Positions 62,857-64,000 of a DNA stretch of 64,000 bases are shown here, one piece after another; within the stretch, counting starts at the first letter, position 1, and each line of letters opens with the position of its first letter. Source of the stretch: Candidatus Latescibacterota bacterium (GTDB taxonomy: Bacteria > Latescibacterota > UBA2968 > SICM01). The notes below the pieces were generated by a model, which was not told the DNA's origin, searched no databases, and saw only the letters and a program-made list of their open reading frames with translations. Position numbers and translations under genes: made by a program. The stretch covers positions 4,384,001 to 4,448,000 of the forward strand of contig CBDCJO010000002.1 of NCBI GenBank assembly GCA_965217865.1, written 5' to 3'.

Positions 62857-63954
62857 TTGCAACCACTGCGAATCTACTCCACAGATCTGTCCTTCTATGA
62901 CGGCTACATGGAGAAGCTTGTCGAGGAAGCGCGCGCGGGGTTCTCGCCTGCCGTCGGGCGCATGTCGTCCAGCGTACCGCGTCTGGCCCACATCCGTGTA
63001 AGTGACATCCCGCAAGCAGAGCTGACAATCGAGGATGCCCGCTGGGTCTACGCCCACGAACACGGTTTCGGTACCTGGGAGGAGTTCACGGCGTTCGTGG
63101 GGCATGTAGCCTCCGGCAGCCAAGAGGAACCTTTCGTGGAGTTCATCCACGCTGTCGAGGAGGGCGATACGGATGTCGTTGAGAGGAACCTCGACCGCAA
63201 TCCTGAACTGGTTCGGCAAGTGGACTCGTCGCACAAATCGCCGCTGCACAGCGCTGCGAACGCCCAGCTGGCGATGCTGCTGATGTCGCGGGGTGCGCCA
63301 GTCGACATGGAAGTCCCGTTGCCGGGAGGCACGCCTCTGATGCATGCCCTGGTGTGGGGCGCCGTTCAGAAGGCCGATGCCATTGCCACGGTGACTCTGG
63401 CACCGGGCAACCTCCGAGTGGCCGCCGGGCTGGGACGGGTTGACCTGCTCCAGAAGATGTGGATGGAGGACGGGGCTCTGGCACAGGAGGCGCGAGCCGG
63501 GCGCACATACTACCGGCCCAACTACGGCTGGTTCCCTTGGAAGCCGGGAGACGATGACCAGGAGATACTGGATGAGGCACTGGTATATGCCGCGACGAAC
63601 GGCCGGACCGTTGCAGCGCAGTACCTGGTCGATCGGGGCGCTGACGTGAACGGGTTGGCCTACGAGACACGCCCACTGATTCGGGCCGCATGGAAAGGGC
63701 ACACGGAGATGGTCGACTGGCTCCTGGACCACGGCGCGTCAATCGATGCTACGGGCTGGCTGGGTGGACATGTTAAGGGTGGGACCGCCCTTCACCTCGC
63801 CGCCAACAACGGGAACCTGGCGCTGGCCAGACACCTGGTGGATCGAGGCGCGGATTTGACGGTCCGTGACGAGATGTATGGCGGGCGGCCGGAAGGGTGG
63901 GCAAATCACCATGGACACACTGAGGTGCGGGACTTCCTTCGGTCACTTCGTTAA
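62857..63954 (+). CDS. Ankyrin-repeat protein
   Basis: ARWVYAHEHGFGTW N-terminal motif; TPLMHA, GADVN, TALHLAANNG; SD GGAGG. Confidence 0.9.
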   Translation: MQPLRIYSTDLSFYDGYMEKLVEEARAGFSPAVGRMSSSVPRLAHIRVSDIPQAELTIEDARWVYAHEHGFGTWEEFTAFVGHVASGSQEEPFVEFIHAVEEGDTDVVERNLDRNPELVRQVDSSHKSPLHSAANAQLAMLLMSRGAPVDMEVPLPGGTPLMHALVWGAVQKADAIATVTLAPGNLRVAAGLGRVDLLQKMWMEDGALAQEARAGRTYYRPNYGWFPWKPGDDDQEILDEALVYAATNGRTVAAQYLVDRGADVNGLAYETRPLIRAAWKGHTEMVDWLLDHGASIDATGWLGGHVKGGTALHLAANNGNLALARHLVDRGADLTVRDEMYGGRPEGWANHHGHTEVRDFLRSLR

Positions 63955-64000
63955 GGCCATGAAGAGAGCGCCGTCTAACACCACACGTACACCCGAACAC

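Overview
Bacterial chromosomal segment. The C-terminal DFxGDGxVDFxDFFxFAxAFG modules, cohesin-like repeats and a GWxTD protein suggest the Latescibacterota/FCB neighbourhood; this taxonomy is inference. The left ~33 kb is mostly housekeeping: a 2-oxoacid oxidoreductase alpha subunit (partial), a double-length UvrA, a polar amino acid ABC transporter with two DmpA/P1 peptidases, the yicC-gmk-rpoZ-coaBC-udg-dnaB-kptA run, an orphan fliM, TPR proteins, a GNAT and lptE. The right ~31 kb is an accessory mosaic. It holds three of the four near-identical 1.5 kb IS1182/IS5-like elements in the window, a truncated giant repeat surface protein, an NfeD-SPFH-SPFH operon, an IS-split TPR/GWxTD gene, DUF559/REP remnants, degenerate attC-like sites and several pseudogenes. 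Best leads: (i) a signal-peptide protein carrying two divergent phage-tail-tube (gp19/Afp1-like) domains with no phage or eCIS context; (ii) three secreted proteins sharing cohesin-like and dockerin-like modules without any CAZyme; (iii) a promoter-to-terminator ~95 nt sRNA candidate with an anti-SD loop, and a structured ~200 nt leader; (iv) a KptA with an altered NAD-lobe motif next to udg-dnaB; (v) an active plus pseudo-enzyme DmpA pair. Several single-base frameshifts in short homopolymers may be long-read errors. No rRNA, tRNA or CRISPR array was seen. All family assignments come from reading motifs by eye, not from database searches.
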